Shown here piece by piece: positions 32,121 through 45,862 of a stretch of 64,000 bases of DNA. The notes under the pieces are model-generated. The model did no database searches, was not told the origin of the DNA, and saw only the letters and a program-made list of their open reading frames with translations. The translations under genes were made by a program, and so were the position numbers. The stretch lies in the NCBI RefSeq assembly GCF_009914755.1, contig NC_060947.1; one strand, 5' to 3'. This stretch comes from the human T2T-CHM13v2.0 reference genome, Homo sapiens. The stretch's first letter is position 1; each line of letters starts with the position of its first letter.

Positions 32121-32959
32121 TACACAGAATTTAATGGCAAAATATTTCTTGGCAGACAAGAGTAGTCATGCAAGTTAGAATAATCAGGATCAGAAATTTG
32201 GAAAAGTTTGACAACAACCTGTTATTAATCATTGCATGTTGAAGGAAATCCAAATAAATTATGAAGAACGTAAGCAACATAGAAGAATTAGTTTCCTACT
32301 TCAGTAGTACAAGTTTCTTTAAATAGGTTGCTGCATTCACAATTTCTGTTTTCTGTGGAAAATGTTTAATTGTATATTTTAGGTATGTGACTCACTTTCT
32401 GTGTTCCTCAATTGGCTATAAATGACAATATTTAAAATGTATTCATTATTTCAATTAACATTTCTGTTATACGTTTATATTATGAATTATGTTTCTCCAA
32501 TTTTAAGTATAATGTACATGCATTTAATTTTTTACATGTATTTTAATAACTAAGTAGCTAAAACTGTCTTTTCAATACTTTCGAGTATATACAAAACATA
32601 ATTACCACCAATATCTCTTTGATTTACAGTAGCCTAATTTTCAGTTATCTCTATTTTCATGATAATAACATCCAGGTCCAAACTTGTTACAATGCCATCT
32701 TTAATCTTTGATAGAGTATCTGTGTATAAGAAACAATTATTTTTTAAAAGTATGATTGTATCCACAATCTAAGTGTGCCCTCCCTCCCACACACACACAA
32801 AAGCCTAAGGAAGGACTCAAAGCAAAGCTCGTTTCTCCAGCATCACTCTTACATATAAGATTTTTTTTTAATCAATCCAACACTGACATTGGGTTTAGAA
32901 TACTAAGAATAATGATATTAAAGAAAATTTTCAGTGTTGAAAATGAATTGCAATACATT

Positions 32960-33320
32960 ATTGCTTATATAATTTAATCAGCCTTTCTGGTCTTAGCAAC
33001 TTTGCTGAAAAAAAAAACTGGTAATGTTGTTGTAATACTAGTTAAAAAGCTGTTATAATTAACCAAGTGATGGGTGATTTTGGTAGCAGTAGCAATAATT
33101 GAGAAATGGGAATCTGTAAAAGTTTTGAAATCAGATCCAACAGGATTTGCTGTCAGTTTGAATTTGTGGTGTGAGTTATTCACCTTATTTGACACACTTA
33201 TGATCATAAATAGGAATAGAACCAATAATAGTTTATCTGTGATAGGGTTATTTTTATGATTATGAGAGCTAGTACACTTAAAATGCTTCATATAATGATT
33301 GTAACATAGTGAGTGATCAA
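32960..33320. mobile_element. L2 and MIR fragments
   Basis: caacaggatttgctgtcagtttgaat (L2-like); cacatag-like end near 33305. Confidence 0.45.
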
Positions 33321-34759
33321 CTAAAGTTATTGATGTTCTAAAAGACTTTAAAAAGGAAACTTATGGACGCAAAGACGGCAGTTTCATAAAATTCAATTCA
33401 ATTCAATTATTTAACCATCAAGAAGGCCAGAATTTATTTTGACTTTGTAGCTATGATGCGGGTAAAATAAAATATCTGAACCTTTTCTTCAGTCTTTCCT
33501 TTTGCTTTGTCGGTGAGGCTTCATTCATGCTAAAAAAAAAAAAATGCCATTTTACAACAGTGACATTTTGAGGTCAAGATTATTTCTTTGCTTTAGTAAT
33601 AGTGGCCTGAACTAGGGAGTGAAATTTCAAATATCTGGCTCATCGCTAAGATGTTTTTATTTTATATACTTAAGTGGCAGAACGCCACTAACAAGTTTCC
33701 CTTCCTGATTCCATTTAAAGAGACTTGAGGATAATAGAAGTGTGTACATCAGTACTAGTCATAAAAATAAGGTACTTTCTATGCATGATATGTACTTTTA
33801 TATGCTTACTTTTCCCCATCAGTGCTAATAAAGTATTGCAGTTATGTGTAAACAGCCACATCTTTCTCTATTACTTCAGCCTCATTCATTTGGTGACATT
33901 GTAAAGTTTCATAATAGTCTGTCAAATCACTTTTTCTTGCATGCATGTTCTTGTTTAAAAGTTCCCAAAGGCCCATAAAAGCTACATATTCTCAATATGT
34001 TTCACAGATACATAAAATATAAAAATTCAGTCCTTGGCAATTGTCTGCAGTTTCACTGCACCATTCTTATTGATGCCTTTGTTAAAAACCTCTTGTGATA
34101 AGACACATAAAAACCAAGTGATAAGACACATAATAAAATCCGACTTAGATTGTTCCACAAGAAATGAGCTTGAGTCTCTCATTCAGTAGTCCTTGATTTC
34201 CACCTAGCTTTCTGCTATCCTTTACTGACCACAGGCAACATGAGCCTACCTTGAAAACAAATTAATCCTTCGTATACTGGAAGCAATTGCCCAGGATAAG
34301 CCTCAGTGCTGCCTGGGCTTGTTGGTAGTGTGCATATGGATATCCATGTGCATTTTGGGTGGGAGAATAATATTATTTCAAGGAAGAAGGGGAGAGGTTA
34401 CTTTATAATATTCAATAATGAACAACATAACCTGTTCTTACACTTGAACCCTCTGAAAATTCATAGGCAACATTATGCTTTAGAAGACAATCAATGTTTA
34501 CTTAGTACAGTTTCCGAAAGCTTCACATAGAAAATAAAGAAGAAATTTAAGGTAGAAATGAAAAGAATGTCTATTGACAATATGAATTATTCTCTTTATC
34601 AAAAATAATTTGTACAAGAGTGCAAAAGTATAAAAGTCTCAACAAATATAATGCTGAATAGGCACACACATTTGCAAAACAAAAATCTCAAAAAGCAACA
34701 TGGGAATGAAGATAATGTAGCACTGAATTATAAATTATGAAGAAAATGCATTTTGAAAT

Positions 34760-36949
34760 TGCTATGGTTTGGCTCTGTGTCCCCACCTAAATCTCATCTC
34801 AAATTGTAATCCTCACATGTCGAGGAAGGGAAGTCATTAGACTATGGGGATGTTTTCCCCCCGTGCTGTTCTTATGACAGTGACTGAATCCTCATGAGAT
34901 CTGATGGTTTTATAAATGCTAGTTTTTCCTGAATGCTCACACTCTCTCCTGCTGCCTTGTGAAGAAGGTGCCTGCTTCCCTTTTGCCTTCCACCATGATT
35001 GTTAAGTTTCCTGAGGCCTCTCCAGCAATGCAGAAATGTGAGTCAATTAGACCTCTTTCCTTTATAAATTACCCAGTCTCAGGGAAGCTCTTTATAGCAG
35101 TGGGAAACAGACTAATACAGTAAATTGGTACTGGGAGTGGGGCACTGCTATAAAGGTAACCTGAAAATGTGTAAGTAACTTTGGAACTGGGTAACAGGCA
35201 GAGGTTGGAACAGTTTGCAGGGCTCAAAAGAAGGCAGGAAGATGTGGGAAAATTTAGAACTTCCTAGAGACTTCTTGAATCGTTTGGACCAAAGTGCTGA
35301 TAATTATCTGGACAATTAAGTCCAGGCTGAGGTGGTCTCAGATGGAGATGAGGAACTTCTTGGTAACTGGAGCAAAGGTCATTCTTGCTGTGCTTTGGCA
35401 AAGACCCTGGCAACATTTAGCCCCTGCCCTAGAGATCTGTGGAACTTTGAACTTGAGAGAGATGTTAGAACTTATGTTTAAAAGGGAAGTATAGGATAAA
35501 AGCTTGGAAAATTTGCAGCCTGACAATGTGATAGAAAAGAAAACCTCATTTTCTAGGGATAAATTCAACCTGGATGCAGAAATTTGCATAAGTAACAAGG
35601 AGCCAAATGTTAATCACCAAGACAATGGGGAAAATTTCTCCAGAGCATGTCAGAGACCTTGGCAGCAGCCCCTCCCATCACAGACCTGGAAGCCTAGGAG
35701 GAAAAGATGGTTTCATGGGCCCAGGGCCTTGCTGCTGTGTGTAGCCTTGGGACTTGCTGCCCTGCATCTCAGCCACTCCAGCTCTAGCTGTGGCGAAAAA
35801 GCATCAAGGTACAGTTCAGGCCATTGCCTCAGAGGTGAAAGCCCCAAGTCTTGGTGGCTTCCACATGGTGTTGGGCCTACAGGTGCACAGAAGTCAAGAA
35901 TTGAAGTTTGGGAACCTCCACCAAGGTTTTGGAAGATGAAAGGAAACGCCTGGAAATCCAGGTAGAAGTCGGCTGCAGGGGCAGAGCCCTTATGAACAAA
36001 CTTTGCTAGGGCAATGTAAAAGGGAAATGTGGGGTTGGAGCCCCCACACAGTGTTCCCACTGTCACACTGTCTAGTGGAGCTCTGAGAAGAGGGCCACCA
36101 TCCTCCAGACTCCAGAATGGTAGATCCAGTAACAGCTTGCACTGTGAGGCTGGAAAGGCCACAAGCACTAAACGCTGGCCTGTGAAAGAGGTGCTCAAGG
36201 CTGTGGGAGCTCACTCCTTGCATCAGCATGCCCCAGATATGAGACCATGGAGTCAAAGCAGGTAATTACAAAGCTTTAAGATTTAGTGACTGCCCTGTTG
36301 GATTTAAGACTTTCATGGGGCCTGTAGACCCTTTGTTTGGGCCAATTTCTCCCATTCGGAATGGGAGCATTTATCCAATGCCAGTACTCGCATTGTATCT
36401 TTGAGGGATAACTTATTTTTGATTTTACAGGCTTATAGGTGAAAGGGATTTCCCTTGTCTCAGATGCAACTTTGAACTTGGACTTTTGAGTTAATGCTGA
36501 AATGAGTTAAGACTTTGGGGAACTTTTGGGAAGTCATGATTAGCTTGAAATGTAAAAAGGATATTAGATTTTGGAGGGGTCGGGGTGGAATAATATGGTT
36601 TGGCTCTGTGTCCCACCTAAATCTCATCTGAAATTGTAATCTCCACATGTCAAGGGAGGGACCTGGTGGGAGGTGATTGGATCACGGGGGCATTTTCCCC
36701 CCATGCTGTTCTCATGATAGTGAGTTCTCACAAGATATGATGGTTTTATAAGTGTTTAACAGCGTCTCCTTTGCATGCTCTTTTTCCTGCCACCCTGTGA
36801 AGAAGGTGCCTGCTTCCCCTTTCACCATAATTGTAAGTTTCCTGAGGCCTCCCCAGCCACTTGGAACTGTGAGTCAGTTAAACCTCTCTTTTATAAATTA
36901 CCCAGTCTCAGAAAAGGTATTTATAGCAGTGTGAAAATGGACTAATACG
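34760..36949 (+). mobile_element. THE1D MaLR provirus: 5' LTR 34760-35119, internal 35120-36590, 3' LTR 36591-36949
   Basis: Both LTRs run tg/taatatggtttggctctgtgtcc...gactaatac. Internal region starts gtaaattggtact; MaLR ORF remnant ENLQPDNVIEKKTSFS; PPT ggggtggaa. Confidence 0.92.
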
Positions 36950-37329
36950 CAAACTGACCATATCTCTGGCAGACATTCAAGGCCTGGTTAAAATTGCGGG
37001 TCTGCCAGATGTCTTGACCTTGATGAGCCCTACGCTTTCCAGGGCTCACAGTGACTTTATACACTGACTTTCTCTGCAGGGGTCTTATAAACTCTCAGGG
37101 AAACTGAAAACAGACACTTCAGCTTACCTAATTCTTTAAAGTGGCAATGTTACCCTTTTCTTACACAGGTAGATTTCTGCTTTCTACTAATTTATTCAAC
37201 AAAAAGCAAGTTATTATCTAGCAACACATACTCAAATTGCAGAAATATGGAGGAAATCAAGAGAGAAAGCCACGACCCCACAGCTCTTGCATTCTGTGTG
37301 CCTATATCATTAACAACATTAGGTGGTGC

Positions 37330-38633
37330 CAAGGATCACTGCTTGTGCTCTCTGGAAGGGTGGCCTGTGTCACACCTGGGTCCATCTGTGTCACAGCTGA
37401 AGTGGGTGAGAAGTACTGCACAGGAATTCAGGGAGTAGAGACTAGAAGTACCTTGAGCAGCAAGGTCCAAAGTCTCATGGGCACACTGGGGCTCTCTCTG
37501 GAAACCTTCTTTTCTCAAGGCCTGTGATGTGCATTGGAGCCTGAAAAATCTCTGAAATACCTTCAGTGTTATTCTCCCAATTTCTTGAAGAATACCACCT
37601 GGCTTACTTATATCCATACCAATTTCCTCAGCAAATTGTCTCTTAGCTACACTCGTAGTTTCCTCTCAGAAGCATGATTTTTATTCTTCAAATGGCCAGG
37701 TGTAGAATTTTCCAAATCTTTACGTGATGCTTACCTTTTGATTGTAAATTCTGTCTTTCAATCATTTCTCACTCCTTGCATTTTACTATAAGCACTTAGG
37801 AGATGCCATGCAGTTCCCTGAACGATTTGCTGCTTAAGAGATTTAGTCCACCGAATATCTTAGTTTATCATTCTTAATTTTTTCCTTCTACAAAGTCCTA
37901 GGACACAAGCATAATTCAACCAAATTCAAACAGAAATGGCCTTTTCCCCAGTTTTCAATACCTTGTTCCTGATTTCCCTCTGAGACCTCATCAGAATAGT
38001 CTTCACTGTCATGACTACTTAAGTTATCTCTAAAAAAAAAAAAATGAGGCTTTCTCTACAGCTTTTCTCTTGTTAGCTCTCACTAGAATCAGCTTTAACA
38101 CTCCCTTCACAGCAATCTAATGTTTTTCCAGCATTCATTTCAAAACTCCTCCAGCCTCTACCCATTACCCAGCTCCAACCCAGCTTCCACATTTTTGGGT
38201 ATCCGTTATAGCAACACTCTACTCTCTTGGCATTACTTTCTGCCTTAGTCTGCGCTGCTGTGAAAAAGTTCTACAGACTTTAAAAGCAATGTAAATATAT
38301 AAGCAATAGGAATTGATTTTTTCACAGTTTGTGAGGTTGGGAGTCTAGGATCCAGTTGCTAGGCAGGTTCAATTGTTAGGTGAGGGTTGCTCTCTGGTTT
38401 CTAGATGGTGCCTTATTGCTGCATCCTCCCATGGTGAGGAAGGCTGTGTCTTCACATGGCAGAAGGCAGAAGGGCAAGTGACCAAATGCAGCATAACTTC
38501 TTCTATAAGGACATTAATCCCATTCACAAGCGAGGAACCCTAGTGGCCTAATCATCTCTTAAAGGCCCCACCTTTTAATACAATCATATTAGCAACATCT
38601 GAATTTTGAAGGGGACACATTCAAACCATGGCA
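37330..38633 (-). mobile_element. MSTC-like MaLR: LTR 38241-38633 with adjoining internal sequence
   Basis: LTR ends ggggacacattcaaaccatggca; antisense MaLR internal text (cccattacccagctcca...ttccacattttt). Confidence 0.78.
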
Positions 38634-39759
38634 ACAATTTTGTCTTATTGAAAAATTTTCATAAAGACATAATCACTAGGAATGGTTCAATTTAAATTCA
38701 CAGTGTTCATAGTAAAAATAAACATTCCGAAACTATTTAGCCGAATTGGGATTAAGGAATGACACATTTTCATTATTAAACAACACAAAAAGTGTTCAAG
38801 GTTTCCACATCCTAGATTTAACTGCCATAAACCCAGCATATTATAAAATATTATTCAAAACTGAATAAAACTCATTCCTATAAATTATCTACTGTTAGTA
38901 TAATAAAGGCAAATTCTGATGTTTTCAAGATTCAATATGAAGAAATGCCATTTTGATAATGTGTTCAATATGAAAATGGGGGTTTGCATAATATTCATCG
39001 TTTCAGATTCAATTTCCCAACACCTACAACTGAAGAAATGCATTGATCATTACCTTTGTTAGAACTCCAAATAACAAAAAACTTTATTCTGAACATATTC
39101 TCCACTTTTCTCTATTATTCTATTATCTTCCATTAAAAATATTTTATCTATTCAACTCAATTGTAACCATAAAGATGTATGAGTACCCATGAACATCTTT
39201 CTCAATTGCTTTGAAACATAAAAAATACTAATTTCACTGTCCTCAATACTGCTATGATTAGAATTGCATGATGCTTGATATATGTTGCCTTCGGAAGCAT
39301 TATTAAATTTTCTTTTTAAATAATCTCATTCATACAAGAATCTTACAACATAATTTGGAAATAAATGGCTCCTTCAGTGGGATCAGCAGGAATATTATTA
39401 AATAAATGATTTTCTTTGGTTATAATTAATTGGTCTGGATGACACTCCATGTTCCAGAGAAGTTTTTTTTTTACTATTCTCATTTGTGATGACAGAAATC
39501 TCAAACTTAGTCTTATAGACACTGTGGGGAAAAATTAAAGAGGATAAGAAATCTGCTCAGTACATTTTGATATAGACTGAATCGCAAATGAATTAAATGA
39601 TGGTTCAGAGGTTTGTCAGTCAGCGTGTGGCTTTTGGAGGTTGCTGTTTTCCTGCCACAGTAAACTTTACACCCCTCCAATGCTCCATAGCCTAGGTACA
39701 AAGAAGAAATAGAATTCCCAAAAGCTAATGCTATTTTATATTAGTTCTGCTGAACAATT

Positions 39760-39940
39760 AATCAACACCTTACCAGGACTAAGAACTACATTAGATACTA
39801 GGAATACAGAAACCTGGTCATTGTCATGGAGATTGTGAGAGTGCAGTCAGAAAAAGGAAAGTGAGGATAGACCATTGTTATGTACACACTATAATGTACA
39901 AGAGATAAGTAAAAGGATTGTTGTCAGAATAAAGTGAAAG
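39760..39940 (-). mobile_element. L2 fragment
   Basis: aatcaacaccttaccagg...atactaggaatacag. Confidence 0.4.
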
Positions 39941-41204
39941 ATCGGATTTAGTACTACGGTCAATTTTTTATGTGTTTTAAAATTTATTTTATTAATTTTT
40001 ATGGGTACATAGTTGTATCTATGTGGTACATGATATATTTTTATACACGCATACAATATGTAATAATCACATCCATATAAATGGGATATCCATCACCTCA
40101 AGCATTCATTATTTCTTTGTGTTACAAGCATTCCAATTGTACCCCTCGGTTATTCTAAAATGTGCAACAAATTATTGCTGTCTATGGACACTCTATTGTG
40201 CTATCAAATACTAGATCTTCTTACACATTGTATCTAACTATATTTTTGTACCCATTAAACATCCCCATTTCCCCCCTTCTCTACCACCCTTCCCAGCCTC
40301 TGGTAATCATCTTTCTATTCCGTATCTTTATGAGTTCAATTGTTTTAACTTGTAGCTCCCACAAATGAGTGAGAACATGTGAAGTTTGTCTTTCTGTGAC
40401 TAGCTTATTTCACTTAAAATAATGTCCTCTAGTTCCATCCATGCTATTGCAAATGACAGGATCTCATTCTGTAGCATTTCTATATGCCAAGAGGGAACAA
40501 TGTGAAAAAGAAATTAAAAAAAGCAATTCCACTAACAATAACCACACATAAAATTCAATACCTAGGAATAAGCTTAAACAAAGAAGTGAAAGATTTCTGT
40601 AATGAAAACTGTAAAACACTGATGAAAAAAAATTAAAGAGAGCACCAAAAAAATGAAATGATATTCCGTGTCCATGGTTTGGAAGAATCAATATTTTTAA
40701 AATGACCATACTACCCAAAGGCATCTACCTATTCAATGTAATCCTTATCAAAATACAAATGACATTCTTCACAGAAATAAAAAATAAATCCTAGAATTTG
40801 CTTAGAATCACAAAAAGGGTGAGAATAGCCATAGCTACCCTAAGGAAAAAAAAAAAAAGCAAACAAAAAACATACAGGAATCACATTATCTGACTTCAGA
40901 TTATACTACCAAGCTATGGTAACCAAAAACAACATGGTACTGGCATTAAACAGACACATATACCAATGGAAAAGAATAAAGAACCCAGAAACAAATCCAC
41001 ACACGTACAGCAAACTCATTTTTGACAAAGGTACCAAAAATATACACTGGGTAAAAGACAGTCTCGTCTATCAATGGTGCTGGGAAAACTGGATATCCAT
41101 ATGCACAAGAATGAAACTACACTGCTATCTCTCACCATATATAAAAATAAAATGGATTAAAGACTTAAATCTAAGACAACAAACTGTGAAATTCACACAA
41201 GAAG

Positions 41205-41483
41205 GGCCGGGCACAGTGGCTCACGCCTGTAATCCCAGCACTTTGGGAGGCCGAGGTGGGCGGATCACGAGGTCAGGAGATCGAGACCATCCTGGCTAAC
41301 ACGGTAAAACCCCGTCTCTACTAAAAATACAAAAAAAATAGCCGGGCATGGTGGCGGGTGCCTGTAGTCCCAGCTACTCAGGAGGCTGAGGCAGGAGAAT
41401 GGCATGAACCTGGGAGACGGAGCTTGTAGTGAGCCAAGATTGCGCCAGTGCTCTCCAGCCTGGGCGACAGAGCAAGACTCCGT

Positions 41484-41572
<89 letters not shown>

Positions 41573-41589
41573 AAAGAAAGAAAGAAAAA
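41205..41589 (+). mobile_element. AluY with (GA)n/(GAAA)n tail
   Basis: AluY diagnostics; perfect 16-bp TSD gaaattcacacaagaa at 41188-41203 and 41590-41605. Confidence 0.96.
41486..41567 (+). repeat. Perfect (GA)41 microsatellite
   Basis: Direct count of 82 bp. Confidence 0.95.
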
Positions 41590-42139
41590 GAAATTCACAC
41601 AAGAAAACATTGGGGAAACTCCAGGACATTGATCTAGGCCAAAAGTTCTTGATTGATAACCCACAAGCATAGGCAACCAAAGAAATAATGGACAGATAAA
41701 ATCATATCATATTAAAAGCTTCTGCACAGCATTGAAAATAATCAATAAAGCAAAGAGGCCGTCCACATCATGGGAAAAAATATTTTCAAAGTAACCATCT
41801 GACAAGACACTAATAACCAGAATATACAAGAAGCTCAAACAGCTCTATAGAAAAAAATCCAATAATTCAATTCAAAAAATGGGCAAAACATTTGAATAGA
41901 CATTTCTCAAAAGAAGATATACAAATGGCAAGCAGGCATTTGTAAAGGTGATAAATAATGACCATCAGAGAAATGTAAATCAGAACTACAGTGAGATATC
42001 ATCTCACCCCAGTTAAAATGGTTTTTATCCAAAAAACAGGCAATAGCAAATGCTGGTGATGACGTGGAGAAAAGGAACCCTCATACGGCATAGATAGTAA
42101 TGTAAATCAGGGCAACTATCTTGCTGTCTGGTAAGTAAT

Positions 42140-44890
42140 ACATGAAGTTAAAGGACAGAGAAGGAAAGTATGTACCAGTAAAGGAAACAATAGATCAAGA
42201 AGATATAACAATTGGAAACTAAAATATAAGTACAAAATACATCAAGCACAACTGACAGAATTATGGGAAGAAGTAAATATGCCAGTGGTTGTTTTTGCTG
42301 ACTTTACTGCAGCCTACTAGAAACTGATATATACTTACATATGTTTATACATATGAATCTACACACACACACACACACACACGATTATAATGCAATACTA
42401 TCAGATCTAAAAAAGAAAGGATAGATTTCCATCTTCTGCTTAGGGTGCAGAAAGCTAGGAAGTGCATTGCTCAGACCTTAAAATGCAAAATAATCTAGAA
42501 AGTCACTTCCCTTGAGCCCATCAGAACACGAAAGACACTGGGGAAACAACTAAACCAAATCTAAGTGAGGACAGGCACCTCTAAGAAGAGATGAGCTGTG
42601 ATCACTACTTACCTGGGGTAGATGCTGGATTAATGAACTGTAAGGAAAAAGCAGCTAATATTTATCATGAAAATATATAACTCCTTTGATCTGCAGATAT
42701 AATGAAAATTCAGACCCAATTGCAAAGCCTTCTCCATGAACCTCTCTAGGTGATTATAGTTTGAATTAGTGAAGGGCTAGAATTCAGAGAAAGCCTCTGT
42801 CTTCTTAGAGGCCTTGGATTGGGGAAAAACAGTCACTTAGGGAAAGGTACATATTCCTGTAGGGGCCCTTTTTTTTTTTCCTATATCCCGTAAAAAATAA
42901 AAGTCTTAAACTGCTGGTGGATGTGCAAAAAGCTTGTTGTCCTGAGGGCACAGGTTTCATTACAGCTGAGGCAAGAGAACAGAAAACACAAACTCTCTAG
43001 TCCTGAGGAGAAGCAGGATTTCATCCTGCTTAAAACCATTAGGAGGCTTTTACAAGCTCAGCACAACTGAGAAGGCCCCATTTCAGAGGCCAGAGACACA
43101 GTGACTACAAAAGACTGAAGTTCAATCAGGCCAAGAAATGTCAATGGATAAATATGTCAAATATTTAAGAAAGAAATAATATCTAGTTTTACATAACCTC
43201 ATTAAGAGGGAACACAGCACTACTCATTCTATAAGTCCAGAATTACCTGATACAAAAACGGAAAAAAATGACAATGAAAAGAGATATCCCTTATTAACAT
43301 ATTTATAAAATGCCATCAACAAGACCATGGGAAATAAATACATAGATAGAGAGAGAAATATAACACGACTTTGTGGGGTTTGTCTAAGAAATGGAGTTGG
43401 TTAAACATTTAAAAATCAATGTAATCCCTTGTATTAAAAAAGAAAAGACATATGAGCATCTTAATAGATGCAGAAAAATCATTAAAATACTTTAACATCT
43501 GTTTCTTATAAAAGCTCTCTGCAAATTAGGAATAGAAGGGAACTTCTTCATTTAGATAAATGGCAATCATAAAAATAAAATTTAAAGATCTCCTACAATT
43601 ATGAGATTTTGCGTAATTGTAAAAGACTGAAAGCTTCCTCAATACTATTGAAAACAAGACAAGAATGTCCACTCTTGACACTTGTATTCAACAGTGTGGT
43701 AAAGCTCTGACCATGAAGTCAGATTAGAAAAATATGTAAAACGTATCCAGTTTGGAAAAAAATAAGCGAAATTGCATTTATGTGCAGATTCCATATCACC
43801 TATGTAGAAAATCTGATGAAATCCACAAAAATGTTACTAGTACAAGTGAGATGAACAAACTTGTAGAATACAAAATCCGTACACAAAAATTATATTTTCA
43901 TATACAAGTTCAATCAGATACTGATGATTAAAAAGTACCATTTACAATAACATCTGTCATACAAAATACTTAGGGTTAAATCTGTCAAAATATATGAAAG
44001 AAAACAACTCAATTTAAAAAGGGAAATAAAGAGTCGAACAGGCAAAACAACAAGGAGATAAAGGGATGGCTTGTAAGCCCATGGGCTAAAGATGTTTAAC
44101 TTTACTAGTCATTATGGAAATATCAATTAAAATCATAATGTGAAACCATGATACATTTATGAGAATGCCTAACATTAAAAAAATTGACCGTATCAAGTAT
44201 GGTGAAGATTTGGTGGAGCTGAAACCTTCACACACTGCTGGTAGAAAATTAAAACACTACAATGACTTTGGAAAACAGTTTGGTATTTTCTAGTAAAGTG
44301 AAACATACATCTACCTTATAGTCTAGATACTACACTGTTGGCATTTACCCAATATATATGAATGCATATATCCACTCAAAGACTTGTATAATTTTTTTTA
44401 AAACAGCTTTATTTATAGTAGCCAAAAAGTGGAAACAAGTCGTGTGCTCATCAACAGGACAATGAATAAACAAATTTGGCATATCTGCTTAATGTAATAC
44501 TACTACTAACCAATGAAAAGGAATGAAATATTGATATATGCAACAACATGAATATATATCAAAATGATCATGCTGATCGAAGAAAGTTAGACTTAACAGA
44601 CTACAGAGATAAAAGAGTATATACAGTATGATGTCAGTCATTTAACATACAAAAAACATAAACTATACTGACAGAAAACATCAATAGTTACTTAGGGATG
44701 AGCATAGAGAGGAATGAAAGAGTGATTGCAAAGAGAAAAAGGAAACTTAAGAGCAATGAAAATATTTCCTATTTTGATTGTGGTGATGGTTTAATGGGTA
44801 CACATATATATCAAAACTAATCAAGTGTAAAATGTCAAGATGTGTGGCTTATGGTAGCCAGTTCTACCTTAGTAATGCTATTTAAAATGA
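42140..44890 (+). mobile_element. Old L1 fragments (endonuclease piece, 5'-end piece ~42425-43135, L1ME-type ORF2/3' UTR 43140-44890)
   Basis: atagatgcagaaaaa and aaattaggaatagaagggaacttc; 3' UTR ttgattgtggtgatggtt. Confidence 0.7.
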
Positions 44891-45704
44891 AGAGAAACAA
44901 ACGAGGAAAGAAAAAAAACCTCCAGCAACTTGGGCCAAATTATGAAGGATGTTAGCCAATAAAATATCCCCCTCCAGTGGCATAATAAGTGTATTTGACC
45001 TCCGGAAAGGCACTTTTTAAAACACACTCTCTTCAATATAAAAAATTAGTAATTAGTAATAGGAATTTAAAGAAATAATCAGAAAAAAAATTGTAAATCT
45101 TTTATTGAATATTTTATGTGTAACTATGAAAGTAAAAAGAAATTTTTAAGGAAAGCAAACAGTGTACAAGCAGTACAATTTAGGCAATTACTGAATCATA
45201 GAACAAATGTAATATTTTAAGTTCTGGATTTAATATAAAGAATAGTAAGTGCGCCTTTAAAGATTTTTCAAATTCAATAGGATAGTCTACATTCAAATAC
45301 AATAAAATTTGCACTATCCTTCAAAAATTTTACACCTTGCAGTTCATACTTTGTTTCTAATTTAGACATAAAATCAAAATATTTGGTTACGAAAAATGAC
45401 AGAACTGTGAAAGATTAAATTGCTCTTTGTCAGCATTGACTGTGCTTTCATTATTTTAATAAGCTAATGTTTAAAAGCAGGAGTATTTGTGTCACACATT
45501 ACTACAGAGATTGTAGAGTGGAAGTGCACTTGAAGCAAGCTCTAACACACCAACAGTTCCACGCCATCAAGAAACTACTTTAGAAAGGAGTAGAGGTAGC
45601 TGGATCAGCTTCTATCTTGGCCCAGCAGTCTAACAGAGTTATTCAAATAAAATTCCTTGTACAATATGTTGACTAAAATTAGCATATAAATATGCTAATT
45701 TGAA

Positions 45705-45862
45705 CTGTATATATGTATATATGTGTATATATACACATATACAAATATATAAATATATATGTAAAAATATATATGTATAAATATGTATATATAAATATAT
45801 ATATAAATATATATGTGTATATATACACATATACAAATACATATGTGTATACACACACACAC

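Larger units (their letters stand above)
39980..42120 (-). mobile_element. L1MA with probable 5' inversion (minus-strand 3' end 39980-40470; plus-strand ORF2 piece 40471-42120)
   Basis: Orientation flips at gatctcattct|gtagcatttcta; both arms are L1MA-type. Confidence 0.8.

Noticed and set aside
35504-36198. 153- and 161-aa ORFs in the THE1D internal region
   Set aside because: These are frameshifted remnants of the MaLR ORF and its antisense, common to many copies.
41374-41680. (RE)n and (SL)n repeat proteins
   Set aside because: They are translations of the (GA)41 microsatellite.
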